64,000 bases of DNA from NCBI RefSeq assembly GCF_025526975.1, contig NW_026515688.1:186001-250000 (forward strand), written 5' to 3'. The stretch comes from Fimicolochytrium jonesii (Eukaryota). A program made the translations under genes and the position numbers. Below, piece by piece: positions 1-11,656 of the stretch (the stretch's first letter is position 1; the number at the start of each line of letters is the position of its first letter). The notes under the pieces are model-generated. The model did not search any database, had not been told where the DNA came from, and worked only from the letters and a program-made list of their open reading frames with translations.

Positions 1-1345
1 GTCGATCATCATCACGAGGAACTGGGATATCATAAATAAGACCTACCAGCTGTGGAGCAGTCCCTTGCCCCCTCTGTCGAGACTACGTGGAGTTTTTGAA
101 GAAGCTCCAGGGACTCGAGCGAATGCCGCGATCGTGGTTTTAGCCCGGAATCGCGATGCCGGGGAGGTTGTGCATACGCTGAAAACATTCGAGCCAACGT
201 TCAATGCCAAGTGCGTGATGTTGAACCTCGCTTCGTCGCAACCCGATGGAATCGACCAATTCATGTTTGCGCGTGGTCCTATAGGTACCGGTACCCCTAC
301 GTATTTCTGAACGACAAGGACTGGGAACCGCAATTCAAGCAAACGATCGCAGACTTCTTGTCAGAAGTCCGCGCAGTCAACATATCTGTGAACGATACCC
401 TCTATCTGCGATTCGGAAAGGTTAAGGAGGAGCACTGGTCATGGCCGGCACATGTGGACAAGACTGCGGCACTGAAAGACATGCGCCAGATGGCTGATCT
501 TGGTGTCTTGCATGCGAATAAGGAAAGCTACCATCACATGTGTCGCTTCCAGAGCGGCTTTTTCTTTCAGCACGAACTGTTGAAGGATTTCAAGTGGTAT
601 TGGAGGGTACGCTGTCATGAATGAGCAAATCTGATGCGGCATAACGCATGGCTGATACGTTTGACCGCAGGTTGAGCCCGACGTTGACTTTTTCTGTCCC
701 CTCCATTACGACCCTTTCATGTTCATGGAATCGCACAACAAAACCTATGGCTTCAACATTGTGGCCCCAGAGTTCATGGCAACTATCCCTTCCTTGGGCA
801 AAACTGTAAAAGCATACATGCGCGAACGAAACATTACATCCATCCCGCCGACGTTGAAGCTCATGTGGAACGAGACCACAGATGATTACAGTGGGTTCCA
901 CTTCTGGTCCAATTTTGAAATCGGGTCCCTTGACTGGCTGCGGTCACGGGAATACGGAGAGTTCTTCGAGTATCTCGACGCAACTGGCAACTTTTTCCAT
1001 GAGAGATGGGGCGACGCCCCCGTTCACTCTGTAGCAGCAGGGCTGCTATTACGGCCTGATGAACTGCATTACTTTGAAGACATTGGATACCGGCATGCCG
1101 ATCGGATACACTGCCCCATTGTGAAGGAGAAACAAGGCGTTTACGGACCTTGTGAGTGCGATGTAGAAGAGCTGAAGAGGAGGCGAGTTCAATGGGGTAT
1201 ATGGGCCTACTCGGATCGGTGGATGAACGAACTGAAGAAATGGCAGAGATGGGCGAAGGCGTACCAAACGCCGGTCAACCTGGAGGACAAACGACAGGCG
1301 GCGCTCGTGGGACAGGCCTCCGATCCGCCGCCCGTCCTCCCATAA
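1..1345 (+). CDS. KRE2/MNT1-family alpha-1,2-mannosyltransferase (GT15), 5' end outside window; introns 211-284 and 607-670
   Basis: Spliced frame gives RANAAIVVLARN...FNAKYRYPYVFLND...ESYHHMCRFQSGFFF...WYWRVEPDV...HFWSNFEI...FFHERWGDAPVHS, the hallmark GT15 motifs; GT..AG introns restore the frame. Confidence 0.95.
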
Positions 1346-1655
1346 GATGTTTGGTTAGCCGACGTGGACAGGCATGCTGCTTCATTGATGGGAGGGTCAA
1401 ATCACATAACGAGAAGGAAGAATCTCGTATCGTTTTAGCTAAGCAGAACTGCCCGCTGGTCAGCCTTAGATATACGCACTTCTCAGCTCGCCATTATATT
1501 CAATCATTTAAAAACGACTCTCACGACAATGATGTACTACAAACGTGCCCAGTCCTCCGTGCCTGAAGGAAAATGGATCTCTCGCAGCACTTATCGCTTG
1601 TCCGTCCATGTCAAGCGGAAACAGGAACCGGAACGTGACATCGATTGTCTTTCCA

Positions 1656-4217
1656 TCAACAAAGGATCGCGCTCGTCCCGACGCCGCGCGGATCCTTGCC
1701 TGCCAATGCGACAGGCTCTTCGAGCAGAGGGGCTTCCTCACCGGGCACATCCAGTCCGCCGACCGCATCCAGTCCGCCGACCGCATCCAGTCCGGCGCCA
1801 TACGACACATACTGCATAATATCCCTTGACCTGCCGATGGATGTGACCCGCTCCCGGGTAGCCTCGTTCAGCGCCAAATGCTCGTGATCAGTTTCCACCG
1901 TTTCGGCGATGCCCATAAAATGATTGATATCCAGCGATGTCAACCGCCGCTTGGCGTCGCGCGCGAACGTTGCGGAACCCGCAACACCAGCCCCAGCCAC
2001 GAGTCCCCCAATGACAGCTCCCCCACTTTCCTCCCGCTCCTCCAGCGCGAGTTGTGTGTCTCGCGCCTCCAAGATCGCCGCGGCCGGGTCCCCGATGCCG
2101 TCGTCTATGGGTCGAATCCCCAGCGCCGCCGTGCTCACAATGGCAGCGTTTGGTCCCCCTAGGCTCTTCCTTCCTTTCGTGTTGTGACCTTCAGTCACAA
2201 GCGGGCCGACGACCGTGACTGCGCGTGGGTCGTGCAGGCGTGCGGGCGCGTCGCCGGAGATGTAGTGGTCGATGTCAAAGGAGGTGGTGGGAATGGAGTG
2301 CGGGTTAGTAGTAGAGGCGGGCGTGTGGTGGGTTATGACTTCCGCTTGGTCGATCTCGAAGTAGCTCACGAGCGGCGTCAGCGGGCTGTCCGGCACGACT
2401 TCGCGGGCGTCGTTTACGGATTGAGCGGCGACCGGGACGGGTTGCTGCACGTCCTCCCTCTCATTTGGTTCCTGAAGCATTTTGTCCGCTGATCCACGGG
2501 TGGGAGATGTTCCCACCAAAGTGCTCGCCGCATTGCTAGTATTCCGGCGTCGCGAGATCGTCCCCTCTCCCTCCCCTACATCAATCAATCCCGCAATATC
2601 TGCCATATTAGGCCGACGTATGGTACCATGTTGTTGCTGGTGGTGGTGCGGATGCTTTTTGCTTGCATCCGCGTCGGATCCCATGTTCATCAGCGCATTG
2701 ATATCTTCAGCACCCCGCGACTCGTCGCGAATACATGCCGCAATCTCGCGAATCTCTTCACTGGGACTGCCATGAGGCGAGTGCGCCGCTGCATCGTCGT
2801 GATGGTGCTCACGATGGGTATATGTATTATGATATAGATCCCGCAGGTTGTCCAGACTCCGATGCATGAGGCCCTTGGACGGTGAAGTCGCTCGGCTCGG
2901 AGACGTGGCCACGCTAGAAAATGCTCGTGGCATGGCGGTGGCCGGGTCGTCCAACAACCCAAAATCGCCGGCGTCCGTGAAGGAGCGCGGGATGGACGCG
3001 GCGAGACCGGCGATTGGGTCGGGGTCCATGGCGAGCACCTCGTCGATGTCGGTTTGTTTGTCGTCCGAGAGAATAAGAATGGGTATGGGTATGTCCGGTC
3101 GGCTGGCAGATGTAGGCGCAGAAGGTAGGCTTCCTTGTTGCTGTTTGCCGCGACGCCCGGCGGTCCCCCTCGTTGCGCCCGGAGGCGGCGAACTCGACCG
3201 TCTCTCAACTGCAGCCCCGTCAGCATAGGCCCCCTCCGCTTCCCTAGATGTCGCGCCTGGAGTTTTGCTGCCCGGTTCATGCGACAAATCCGCCCACGAT
3301 AACATCCTGTCAACATCAAACGCGTCCTTAACCATGCCGCCCTCACCAGCTTTCCCGTTTTCCGGAAGCCCTACGACATTCCCCGCCACCTGCGTGAATG
3401 GGTGACGCAGCCGCGCGGCAGCAGCCGTGCTCTGTGCCCGTTCCATACCCAACATGGGACCATCGCGGCCGATCCCCGTTAAAACGTCAATGTCCTCGGA
3501 CGCCGCCGTCAGTGTCTGCGGGTAGTGACTCTCCGGCAACGACTCCGGATTTATGCTGGGGACCGGCGCTGAGAGGCCCGTCACATTCAAATCGAGGGTC
3601 GGGAACGCGATCGCCATCGACATCATCGACTCCCATACCACGCCCTCCGCCGGGGCGCTTTCCGTCCGTGGGGCCGAAGGAAGACCCACTGATGCCCGTG
3701 CCGTCGACATCCTCAGCCCGCCCACCAAACGCGATGCCAGAGATAATCGCCCAGCCGGCTGCGAGCCGCTCCCCGAGCGCTCCATCGTGCTCTGCCGCCG
3801 CTCAACGCGAACATATCCATCGATATCGCTCGTGATGGCGACCGTGCTCGAGCGCAGCGGGACCGTACCGCCGAAGCTTTTGCTGCGTTTGCGCAAACTG
3901 GCAAATTTTTCGCTCTTGCTCTGTTGTTCCTGCTGAGCTAGCTTCAGAGCAGCTTCCCCGGCTTCGAGGACTTGGTCGATGTCCTCGCCGCGGCCGACGA
4001 TGTAAGGCGTGGGCAATTCGATGACGGAGTGGAGATGGGCGTGGGAGTGGGCGGCCAGGCCGCTAGGCGTCGGCTGAAGCGTGTGCGAGGCGACCGGCCC
4101 GCCGCTAACCGTCCGACTACGAGTCCGGTTGGCGGCCGGCCTGGCTGCCGCCGCCGCTCCAGTCGCTTGTGGTGAATCCAGATGCGATGGAGTTGGTACG
4201 GCGTCGATGGACATCAT
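1656..4217 (-). CDS. Large low-complexity (S/A/P/H-rich) hypothetical protein, about 850 aa; start uncertain
   Basis: Uninterrupted 2.6 kb ORF; first ATGs (MMSID) at 4217/4214; no domain recognised. Confidence 0.7.
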   Translation of the reverse strand: MMSIDAVPTPSHLDSPQATGAAAAARPAANRTRSRTVSGGPVASHTLQPTPSGLAAHSHAHLHSVIELPTPYIVGRGEDIDQVLEAGEAALKLAQQEQQSKSEKFASLRKRSKSFGGTVPLRSSTVAITSDIDGYVRVERRQSTMERSGSGSQPAGRLSLASRLVGGLRMSTARASVGLPSAPRTESAPAEGVVWESMMSMAIAFPTLDLNVTGLSAPVPSINPESLPESHYPQTLTAASEDIDVLTGIGRDGPMLGMERAQSTAAAARLRHPFTQVAGNVVGLPENGKAGEGGMVKDAFDVDRMLSWADLSHEPGSKTPGATSREAEGAYADGAAVERRSSSPPPGATRGTAGRRGKQQQGSLPSAPTSASRPDIPIPILILSDDKQTDIDEVLAMDPDPIAGLAASIPRSFTDAGDFGLLDDPATAMPRAFSSVATSPSRATSPSKGLMHRSLDNLRDLYHNTYTHREHHHDDAAAHSPHGSPSEEIREIAACIRDESRGAEDINALMNMGSDADASKKHPHHHQQQHGTIRRPNMADIAGLIDVGEGEGTISRRRNTSNAASTLVGTSPTRGSADKMLQEPNEREDVQQPVPVAAQSVNDAREVVPDSPLTPLVSYFEIDQAEVITHHTPASTTNPHSIPTTSFDIDHYISGDAPARLHDPRAVTVVGPLVTEGHNTKGRKSLGGPNAAIVSTAALGIRPIDDGIGDPAAAILEARDTQLALEEREESGGAVIGGLVAGAGVAGSATFARDAKRRLTSLDINHFMGIAETVETDHEHLALNEATRERVTSIGRSRDIMQYVSYGAGLDAVGGLDAVGGLDVPGEEAPLLEEPVALAGKDPRGVGTSAILC
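1748..1794. repeat. 18-bp tandem repeat (catccagtccgccgaccg) x2.6, coding GLDAVG-GLDAVG-GLDV
   Basis: Seen directly in sequence. Confidence 0.9.
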
Positions 4218-4583
4218 AGACGTGCTCTGCGGGGTATTCGATATTAATGCAAGAAGGAAAACTACCCAAGACAAAAAGGGCAAATTCAGCGGTGGGAGAA
4301 AACACACATCTCCGCCCGGAGAGAAAAAGCCACGACGTTATACGCAATTTCGCTCATGGCTTTTGTCCCTGACGGGTTATATCTGGGTTACCGCCGGGAA
4401 GCATAGTTACTAAATCGAGGCACAAAAAGTTCGTTGTGTGTATTAAACTCAGGTATGTGAACTTTGACGCGTAAACTCCACCACCGGTTTCCACGAGATC
4501 GCCCCAGCCCCTCGCTATGTGGCTTATATAATCTGTACAAAGGGCGTCAACTACAAGGAACCTAAACTAAGTCACCTTCCACA

Positions 4584-5550
4584 TCAGTACGGGCGGCGGC
4601 GAAGTGGACTTCTGCTTCGTCTTCTGTTCCCGCGGGATGGACTGGGGCTCCTTCCCGTATATCCCTTCCTTGCATAAGTTCTTTCCCGGTCCTTTGAAAC
4701 AGACCGTCGTCGCGTTGCTGATGCAGGCGGCGCCGGGTCCGGACGCGATAGCAACGCTTGCCGACCCGGATGAACGTGAGCAGACGGCGAGGGTGGTGGT
4801 TTACTGTAGTCAATCACGATGGAGCATGTGATGTCAAGACCGTCGATGTTTGCACCGTCCATATAGCGACATGCTTTCTGAGCCGGGGCTAATTCGTTGA
4901 AGATGATGAAGGCTCTGCCTCGCTCGGGACCTACTAGCAGATACCCGCTTAGAGTGAGATGCATGTTCCCGACGTTCCCTAACGGTGCGAGCATACTCAC
5001 GGCCTTCGGTAAACTCCACGCCCTTCAGCTCCCCATAGTGTCCAAAAATCTCCAAAAGATGCTCCTTATTCACGTTCTTCGTCAATCCGGTCGCAACTAC
5101 CTTTGTTGTCCTTGTCTCGACCGGCCGGACAGACTTTTGGGGTGGAGACGCTGGTGGCGATCGCGAACGTGATCTTGACTTCGATCTAGACAGTGAGCGG
5201 GAGCGAGAGCGAGACCGGGAGAGGGATCGTGAAAGAGACCGTGACACCGAGCGCGAACGTGAACGAGAATACGAGCTGCGGGTGTAAGAAGACCGGGAGC
5301 TGGAGCGCGAAGGCGAGCGAGATCGGGACCTAGGATTTCGGGTTTCAGCATAACCTTCAGCGAAAGGAAAGGGACGTTATGCCCCAGCCGAAGTAGGGAT
5401 ACATACCTGGAGCGACGGGTCGATCGGCCACGCTCAGGCGATCTCGAAGTAGTTGATTTTCTGAGTTCGCGAGAGTTGAGCGTTGGTGTCAGGATGGGAC
5501 AGGGCTCCAAAATGAACGGTTTTACTCAAACTCAAGACTTACGGTGCCAT
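4584..5550 (-). CDS. RNPS1: RNPS1-like SR-rich RRM protein (ASAP/exon-junction complex); multi-exon
   Basis: ATG GCA CC|gtaagt first exon; RS/SR repeats, then RRM (KVVATGLTKNVNKEHLLEIFGHYG...RGRAFIIF...AQKACRYMDGANIDG) and an R/S/P-rich tail. Confidence 0.85.
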
Positions 5551-5849
5551 CGGCGAGATTGGTGGATCCTTCTGGTTAACTAGCGTATGCGGGAGAGACG
5601 GGTATGCAAGCCCCTTGTGTTGGGTTTACTTTATGGGGAGGCGTCCGTTCTGCAAGGTCCAGTACGCTGTGGATGTGGAGAAGGCGCAAGATCAATTGTC
5701 AGGGCACATATGCAGACCCAGGCTTTCGTAATCACCACACGCTGTCCCGCAAAACGCGTTCCCCTGCGGACTTTGGAAACGTGAACACAAAACATAGGCG
5801 CTCTCCATCCAAGGTGCTTCCACTTCCTCCCGCACCGGATTGCAACACA

Positions 5850-6941
5850 ATGTCCGCAGCAGCCTCAAACCCACCACCACCACTCCTCTCAGCAACCCAC
5901 CACACTCCCTCATCCTACGACTCCTACGATGATCTCCTCAACACCGTCACCGCCCGCGTGAAAGACGTCCTCGCCGCCGACACAACCAGAGCTAAGGCAC
6001 TCTCTTCAAGCACAAAGCCTCTTGCCCACCCAAATGCAACGCCGCAGAAGGGCCGCAAAGTGAAGAAAGTGGTGCCGGGTGCGCGAGCGACTTTAGATGA
6101 TAGCGATGATAGTGAGGAGTTTGATGATAGCGAGGAAGAAGGTGATGAGCGCGGTGACGAGTGGGAGGAGGATGGGCTTGGTTGGGAGCTTCATGTGAGT
6201 GATATACTTGAGGCCCATGCAGACGCAAAGGAAACTCAAGGCTAACGATGAAACAAACTACCCCATCCTTGACAGGACAGACCGAACGCCCCCATCGAAG
6301 CCCCCTTAGCCTTCCGCAACCTCTCCACCGACCTCATCGCCCCCTCCGCCATCGCCCTCACCTCCCCTTTACTCGCAACCCCGCCAACACCCATAACACC
6401 CACCCTCCTCCGCCAAACCCTCGCCCAACTCGAACACGAGTTTCGCTCCGAATTGACCAAATCCACCATGCTGGTCGATCTGCAACACCGATACATGCAG
6501 CGGAGGCTCGCGATGCCTGGCGGTCGTGGTGGTGGGGCGGGAAAACGGGTGGGGAGCGAGGAGGAGAAGCGCGAGGCTGCGAGCGATATTTTGGGCATTT
6601 TGGTGGAGATTATGCGCGGGGGTGGGGGTGGTGCGGGCGGATCCATCCATGGTCATCACGCGGGCGACGAGGAGTTTGAAGATGGGGAGACGGAGGAGGC
6701 TGCCATCACTGCCGGTCCGACGGCGATACGGAGCGGGATGGAGGATCTAGGCGAGACGAACGACCTGCTGCTACAATTGCGTGAGCATCTCGAGCGGCGG
6801 TCGGAGTCACTTCCAGAAGATCATGATATTGCGGCAGCGGCGGTGGAAGGCAACGGGACCGACGTGCGGGTGTCTGCTTCAGAGCGGTCCAAGCAGTTTG
6901 CACGGTTCTTGCCGACAAAAGTCCCCAGTTTGGACTTTTGA
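5850..6941 (+). CDS. Hypothetical protein, two exons (intron 6195-6275), acidic patch and predicted helical/coiled-coil segments
   Basis: gtgagt...gctaac...gacag phase-0 intron joins ORFs 5604..6245 and 6453..6941 in frame. Confidence 0.7.
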
Positions 6942-7275
6942 ACTTTCCCGTTGTTGGGCTTGATGTATGCGCGCGACATCTCCTTTTCCATTTCTGTACA
7001 TTGTTCTTTAGTTTTCGTGTTCATTCGAATTCGATATGCGCCTCGGATCTCCGTCGTCCAGCTTCGCCTGAGAAGAGGTTCATCATCGCGGTCATTTCTG
7101 CACTCTCCTTGCAGACACAGAATCGAGAGAAAAGTTGAAGATTGGCAAAAATATCTATATATATAAGTATAAGAAACAGATTCGGGATGGCGTGTATGAA
7201 ATAAGTTGGTGATGGGAACAGGCGAGGGTTCCATTTGCGAGGGGATGCAGAATGTTGTGTTCGTGGCGGATCGAT

Positions 7276-8579
7276 CTAGCTCGGGACATAGTTGAAGAGG
7301 TAACTGTGGGACGGAATGGGTTCGTATGAGCAAGCGCACCAATATGCAGGTAACTGCGCATTGGTGCACACACCTGATGGACTCCCCATTGTGCGTCCTA
7401 CGAGCAGCCTCCGCGAACGTCGACGACACATCGATCGTGTCTAGCTTCGGACATAACAACTTCTTATCGTCGTGAGGAATGGTATTTGTCTGCCAACAGA
7501 AGGTCGTGGATGAGACGTCCATTTCCACCCCTCCAATCTGAGTACGCGAAGCTCACCACCACAACCCGCTCCAGCACACTCTTGTTGATAACATCTATCG
7601 CCTTGCCCGAGAGCACCGCGTGTGTCACCATCGCATACACCTTGTTGGCCCCATTCTCCTTCAGCACTTTGGCAGCCAGTCCTAATGTCCCGCACGTGTC
7701 TGCCATGTCGTCAACGAGGATGCAGTCCCGGCCCTTGACGTCTCCAACGAGAACCATACGAGACACTTCGTTGGCCTTTTTGCGCTCTTTGTGGATGAGC
7801 GCAAATTCTAAATCCAGCTTATCGGCTATGGCAGTCGCCCTAGGTGTCATCAACAACTCACGCGTGAGTTCTTGCTTCTCCAAAGCAATGCTGGTGATGG
7901 CCTCTCCTCACCTCTTGGCACCCCCCGCATCCGGCGAGATAATCACAACATTCTTGTAATCCTCAATGTTATCCCTAATATACTTCAACGTGCTTGGTTC
8001 CGCATACAGGTTGTCGACCGGGATGTTAAAGAACCCCTGGATCTGCGAAGCGTGCAGGTCCATCGTTATAACGTGGTCGGCACCGGCAACGGTGAGCATG
8101 TTTGCAACGAGCTTTGCAGTGATGGGAGCGCGGGATTTGTCCTTTTTGTCCTGGCGGGCGTAAGGGAAGCAGGGGACGACGGCCGTGATGCGGCGGGCGG
8201 ACGCGGTTTTGCAGGCGTTGATCATGATGAGGAGCTCCATTAAGTGGTCGTTGATTTCGCCACAGCCGGATTGGATAATGAAAACGTCTTCATCTCTGAC
8301 TGAGTGAGGGTGTAGGTGGTGTAAGCAACTTCGAACAAGTTCCATTCCAAGGTCGACTTCCTTACCAGACTCCCCAATTGTCACTGACGTTTCCTGGTTC
8401 GAGTACTTAAGAACGACGCACTTTGCCAGTTCAAGTCCTAGCCGCCTGCGGTAACAGAAAGGTGAGTTTGGCAAGCAGCCTCCCATACTGGCTGAGGAGA
8501 GAGTGCGAGCTCACTTTGCGACCAGCTTTGCAAACTCAATATGCGAGTTGCCCGCAAATATCTTGATGGAGTTGGACAT
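7276..8579 (-). CDS. PRS: Ribose-phosphate pyrophosphokinase (PRPP synthetase); multi-exon
   Basis: [76 protein letters not shown]. Confidence 0.97.
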
Positions 8580-9014
8580 TGCAACGGGACTATGGGTTGA
8601 CGGAGAGGGGGAGGTGCAACGACAGACGAGAACCGATATTCCTGTGGGCTTCTCTCCAGTTTGTTTGTTTGTTTGGTGTCGAGCGGTGGTTTCTGTTAGA
8701 GCAGCGGGGAATGTCGGACGAAAAAAACGTTGGAAAGACACCGAAATCTCAATCCAAATTCTGCGACTCTGTGAGGTGATGGAGAGACCGGCTGCGCGTT
8801 TCCGGCTGTGGCGCAAGAAGGGGCGCAGGGTGGCTTGCTCATTTGCTTACTCGTTTCTAAGCATGCATGTCCAACGCGTTGCTTCTTCCCCGCTCGTCTT
8901 GTCCACATTTCGGACATCCCATATGCGTGATATTTAAGCAGACAGGGTCAAGGTCGCCCTCCTCCCACAGAAATATACGTACCGACAGCACTCTCACCCA
9001 CCAACGCAACAAAA

Positions 9015-10007
9015 ATGCACACCGACACGAAAACCGATCGAATCCTCGTCACCGGGTCCGCCGGGGACCTCGGCAAAGTCCTCTACACAACCCTCAAGAC
9101 CAAATACCCGACCACCGAAATCATAGGCCTGGACGTCCGTCCTTCGCCCACCACAACCCTCCTCGCCTCCATAACCGACAAGGTCGCCGTCGCGGAGGCC
9201 ATGGAAGGCGTCACGATCGTCTTCAACGCCGCCGCTCTGCATCGGCCGCATATGGAGACGCATACCGATTCGGATTTTGTGGATACGAATGTTACGGGCA
9301 CCTTGAACTTGTTGGAGGCGGCTACGGCGGACGGGTCGATGGTGCGCCGGTTCGTGCATACGTCCACGACGTCGGTTATGGTGCCCGCGGCGTTCTACGC
9401 CAAGACAGGTGGAGGGTCGCTTCCGATGAACGGAAGCAACACGGAGGTCCCACCATTGCCAGTGCTAGATGAGACCTCACCGACATTGCCACGCAACATC
9501 TACGGCGTGACGAAACTCACAGCTGAACACTTGTGTCGGATCTACGCGACCAAGCACTCGCTACCCATCACAGTGCTACGAACATCAAGGTTCTTCCCGG
9601 AAGAGCATGACTTGAACGTTAAGGCAAGCGATTACGGACCGCGAGAGAAGGCAATCGAGATCTTGTCCGGCCGGCGAGGCGCCGTGGCGGATATGGTCGA
9701 TGCGCATATCGCCATGGCGTTTGGGGCGTCGCCGACACCGTCTGCACCGCTTTTCCGGACGTTTGTGGTGTCGGCGCGCTCGCCTCTGACGAACAGGCCA
9801 GAGCTGCGGGAGAGGGTCAAGGCGGATCCACATGCTGTGGTATTGGAGCTGTTCCCCGAGTATCCGGAAGCTTTTGTAAGTCGGGGATGGGAACCGGTAC
9901 GGCCCGGAGAGATCGACCGAGTGTATTCAGTAGAGAAAATTGTACAGGAGGGTGGGTGGGCTCCGTCGGTTGGATTTAGGGAAATATTGGAAGGTGCAGA
10001 CTTTTGA
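9015..10007 (+). CDS. NAD-dependent epimerase/dehydratase (extended SDR), intronless
   Basis: TGSAGDLG Rossmann motif, DTNVTGTLNLLEAA, HTSTTS, catalytic YGVTK, LRTSRFFPEE. Confidence 0.93.
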   Translation: MHTDTKTDRILVTGSAGDLGKVLYTTLKTKYPTTEIIGLDVRPSPTTTLLASITDKVAVAEAMEGVTIVFNAAALHRPHMETHTDSDFVDTNVTGTLNLLEAATADGSMVRRFVHTSTTSVMVPAAFYAKTGGGSLPMNGSNTEVPPLPVLDETSPTLPRNIYGVTKLTAEHLCRIYATKHSLPITVLRTSRFFPEEHDLNVKASDYGPREKAIEILSGRRGAVADMVDAHIAMAFGASPTPSAPLFRTFVVSARSPLTNRPELRERVKADPHAVVLELFPEYPEAFVSRGWEPVRPGEIDRVYSVEKIVQEGGWAPSVGFREILEGADF

Positions 10008-10183
10008 TCAAGTGGCGTAGGAATAGATATGTAGACTTCTCTAAGCAACATCGATGCAACCGGAACGTTTCTCAATTGTAAATCATTTCTCAAATGGTCG
10101 TGTACACCGCAGTCTACATACGAGTGCATATGCTCCTGCCCTATCGTATATCGCTTAGCTGCCGTCACTGTTCTACCAGATAT

Positions 10184-11042
10184 TTACAAGTCAATCTCGT
10201 TGAAGAAAGTGGCGACAATCTTAAAGGCTTCGCTAGCCGCCTCAGCGACCTTGGGGTCCGACCAATCTCCACGGGCTGCGCAGAATCCGTGGCTTTGGTC
10301 GTTGAAGCGACGGTGGAGGGATTTTGGTTGCGAGGCCTTGAGGTGGGTGTTGTACCATGATTCCTGAGAAAAGAAAAGACGGTTCCCAGTCAGCTCGAGA
10401 TGACGTGCATAACAGGGACGGCACGAACAATATACTCACCAGCTGGTCGGTCTCATCCTTGGACGGCAAGATGGCCACAGGGAAGTGCGCTCCCTTGTAA
10501 TCGTCCTCAGCAGGGAAAGAAGGGTGGCATTGCGCAACACCCTTAACTTCCACGAGGGAGTTGACCTCCTCATCCCTGGCTGCAAGGATAGCCATCTTTG
10601 CTCCCCAGCAGAATCCAACAAAGGCAACCTTCTTCACCGACTTTTGCTCCTTCAAGTACTTGACGGTGTCCACGATGCGTGCGCGGATGATCTTCTTGTA
10701 GTCCCCATTCTCCCCAATCCAGGCGACAAGCTTAGACATATCGCCGAGAAGTTCCTCGGGCATGCTCTTGCCGAGGAAGTAGTCGGGGACGATCACGAGC
10801 GTCTCCTTGGTGAGGTTAGCAATGCGGTCAGCGGCTTGGAAGGCATTGGGGTGGAAACCGAAGATGTCGTAGATGAAGATGACGGCGGAATGGGGTGTAG
10901 GGACGGAGAGTGGGGCGACGTAAGCGTGGAAGGGCGTCGTGGGCGTCGGGACATTATTGGATGGGATGGTGATCTCCTGACCCTGCTTTGTGTAGCTGGA
11001 GGTGACGGGCGGCAGGTTGCAGCAGGCGGTTGTGAGCGACAT
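10184..11042 (-). CDS. Dienelactone hydrolase family alpha/beta hydrolase; one intron near 10345-10438
   Basis: MSLTTACC start, IYDIFG, VPDYF, nucleophile motif GFCWGA, second exon HGFCAARGDW. Confidence 0.92.
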
Positions 11043-11656
11043 TGTTGGCGGTTGTTGAGGGTGGTGGTAGTCGGGAAGAAGCTTTGCAGTAGTGTATGAT
11101 GCTGTGATGCAGGGGGGGATGCTGGGCAAGCGTTTATAAGCGGGAGAAAGCTGCGAAGTGAAGACGGCGATCGATCCTTTCCGTCGTTCCACAAGTGGGG
11201 CGCGCTGACGTAATGAGTTGCGCTCTCGGCTTTTACGCGTTCGCCGTCTGCCCGCTACTCTTCGCCCGTTAACGGAATATCTTGCCCATGTGGGTGTGCG
11301 ATCGGGAATGGTAATGTAGCGTACTATACTGTACATACGCAGTCTGTGAGCTACCTGCGTAAAGTTATGTATTATGCCACCTGCTTGCCGATGTTGTGAT
11401 TGAGGTGATAGACAACTTCAAATGTGGACCGCTTGAGACGGAAACAAGTCCTCGACTCGATCTCTAGAAGTTCATCTAGTTCTAGGGAAAACTCTACGAA
11501 CTATTGATTTTGTATGGGGTTGCCCATTCTCTTGAATCCGGCCGTGACGCCGACGTTTTCCTGAACATATGTGCCCGATTCTGCAACGCAGTTCTCTCGC
11601 CCACTCCCAGTCAGTCCGACTCATTTGGGTCCATCTAGCATAGGAACGCATAACCC

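Noticed and set aside
1748..1794. Short direct repeats as a CRISPR-like array
   Set aside because: Contiguous in-frame coding repeats with no spacers, in a eukaryotic context
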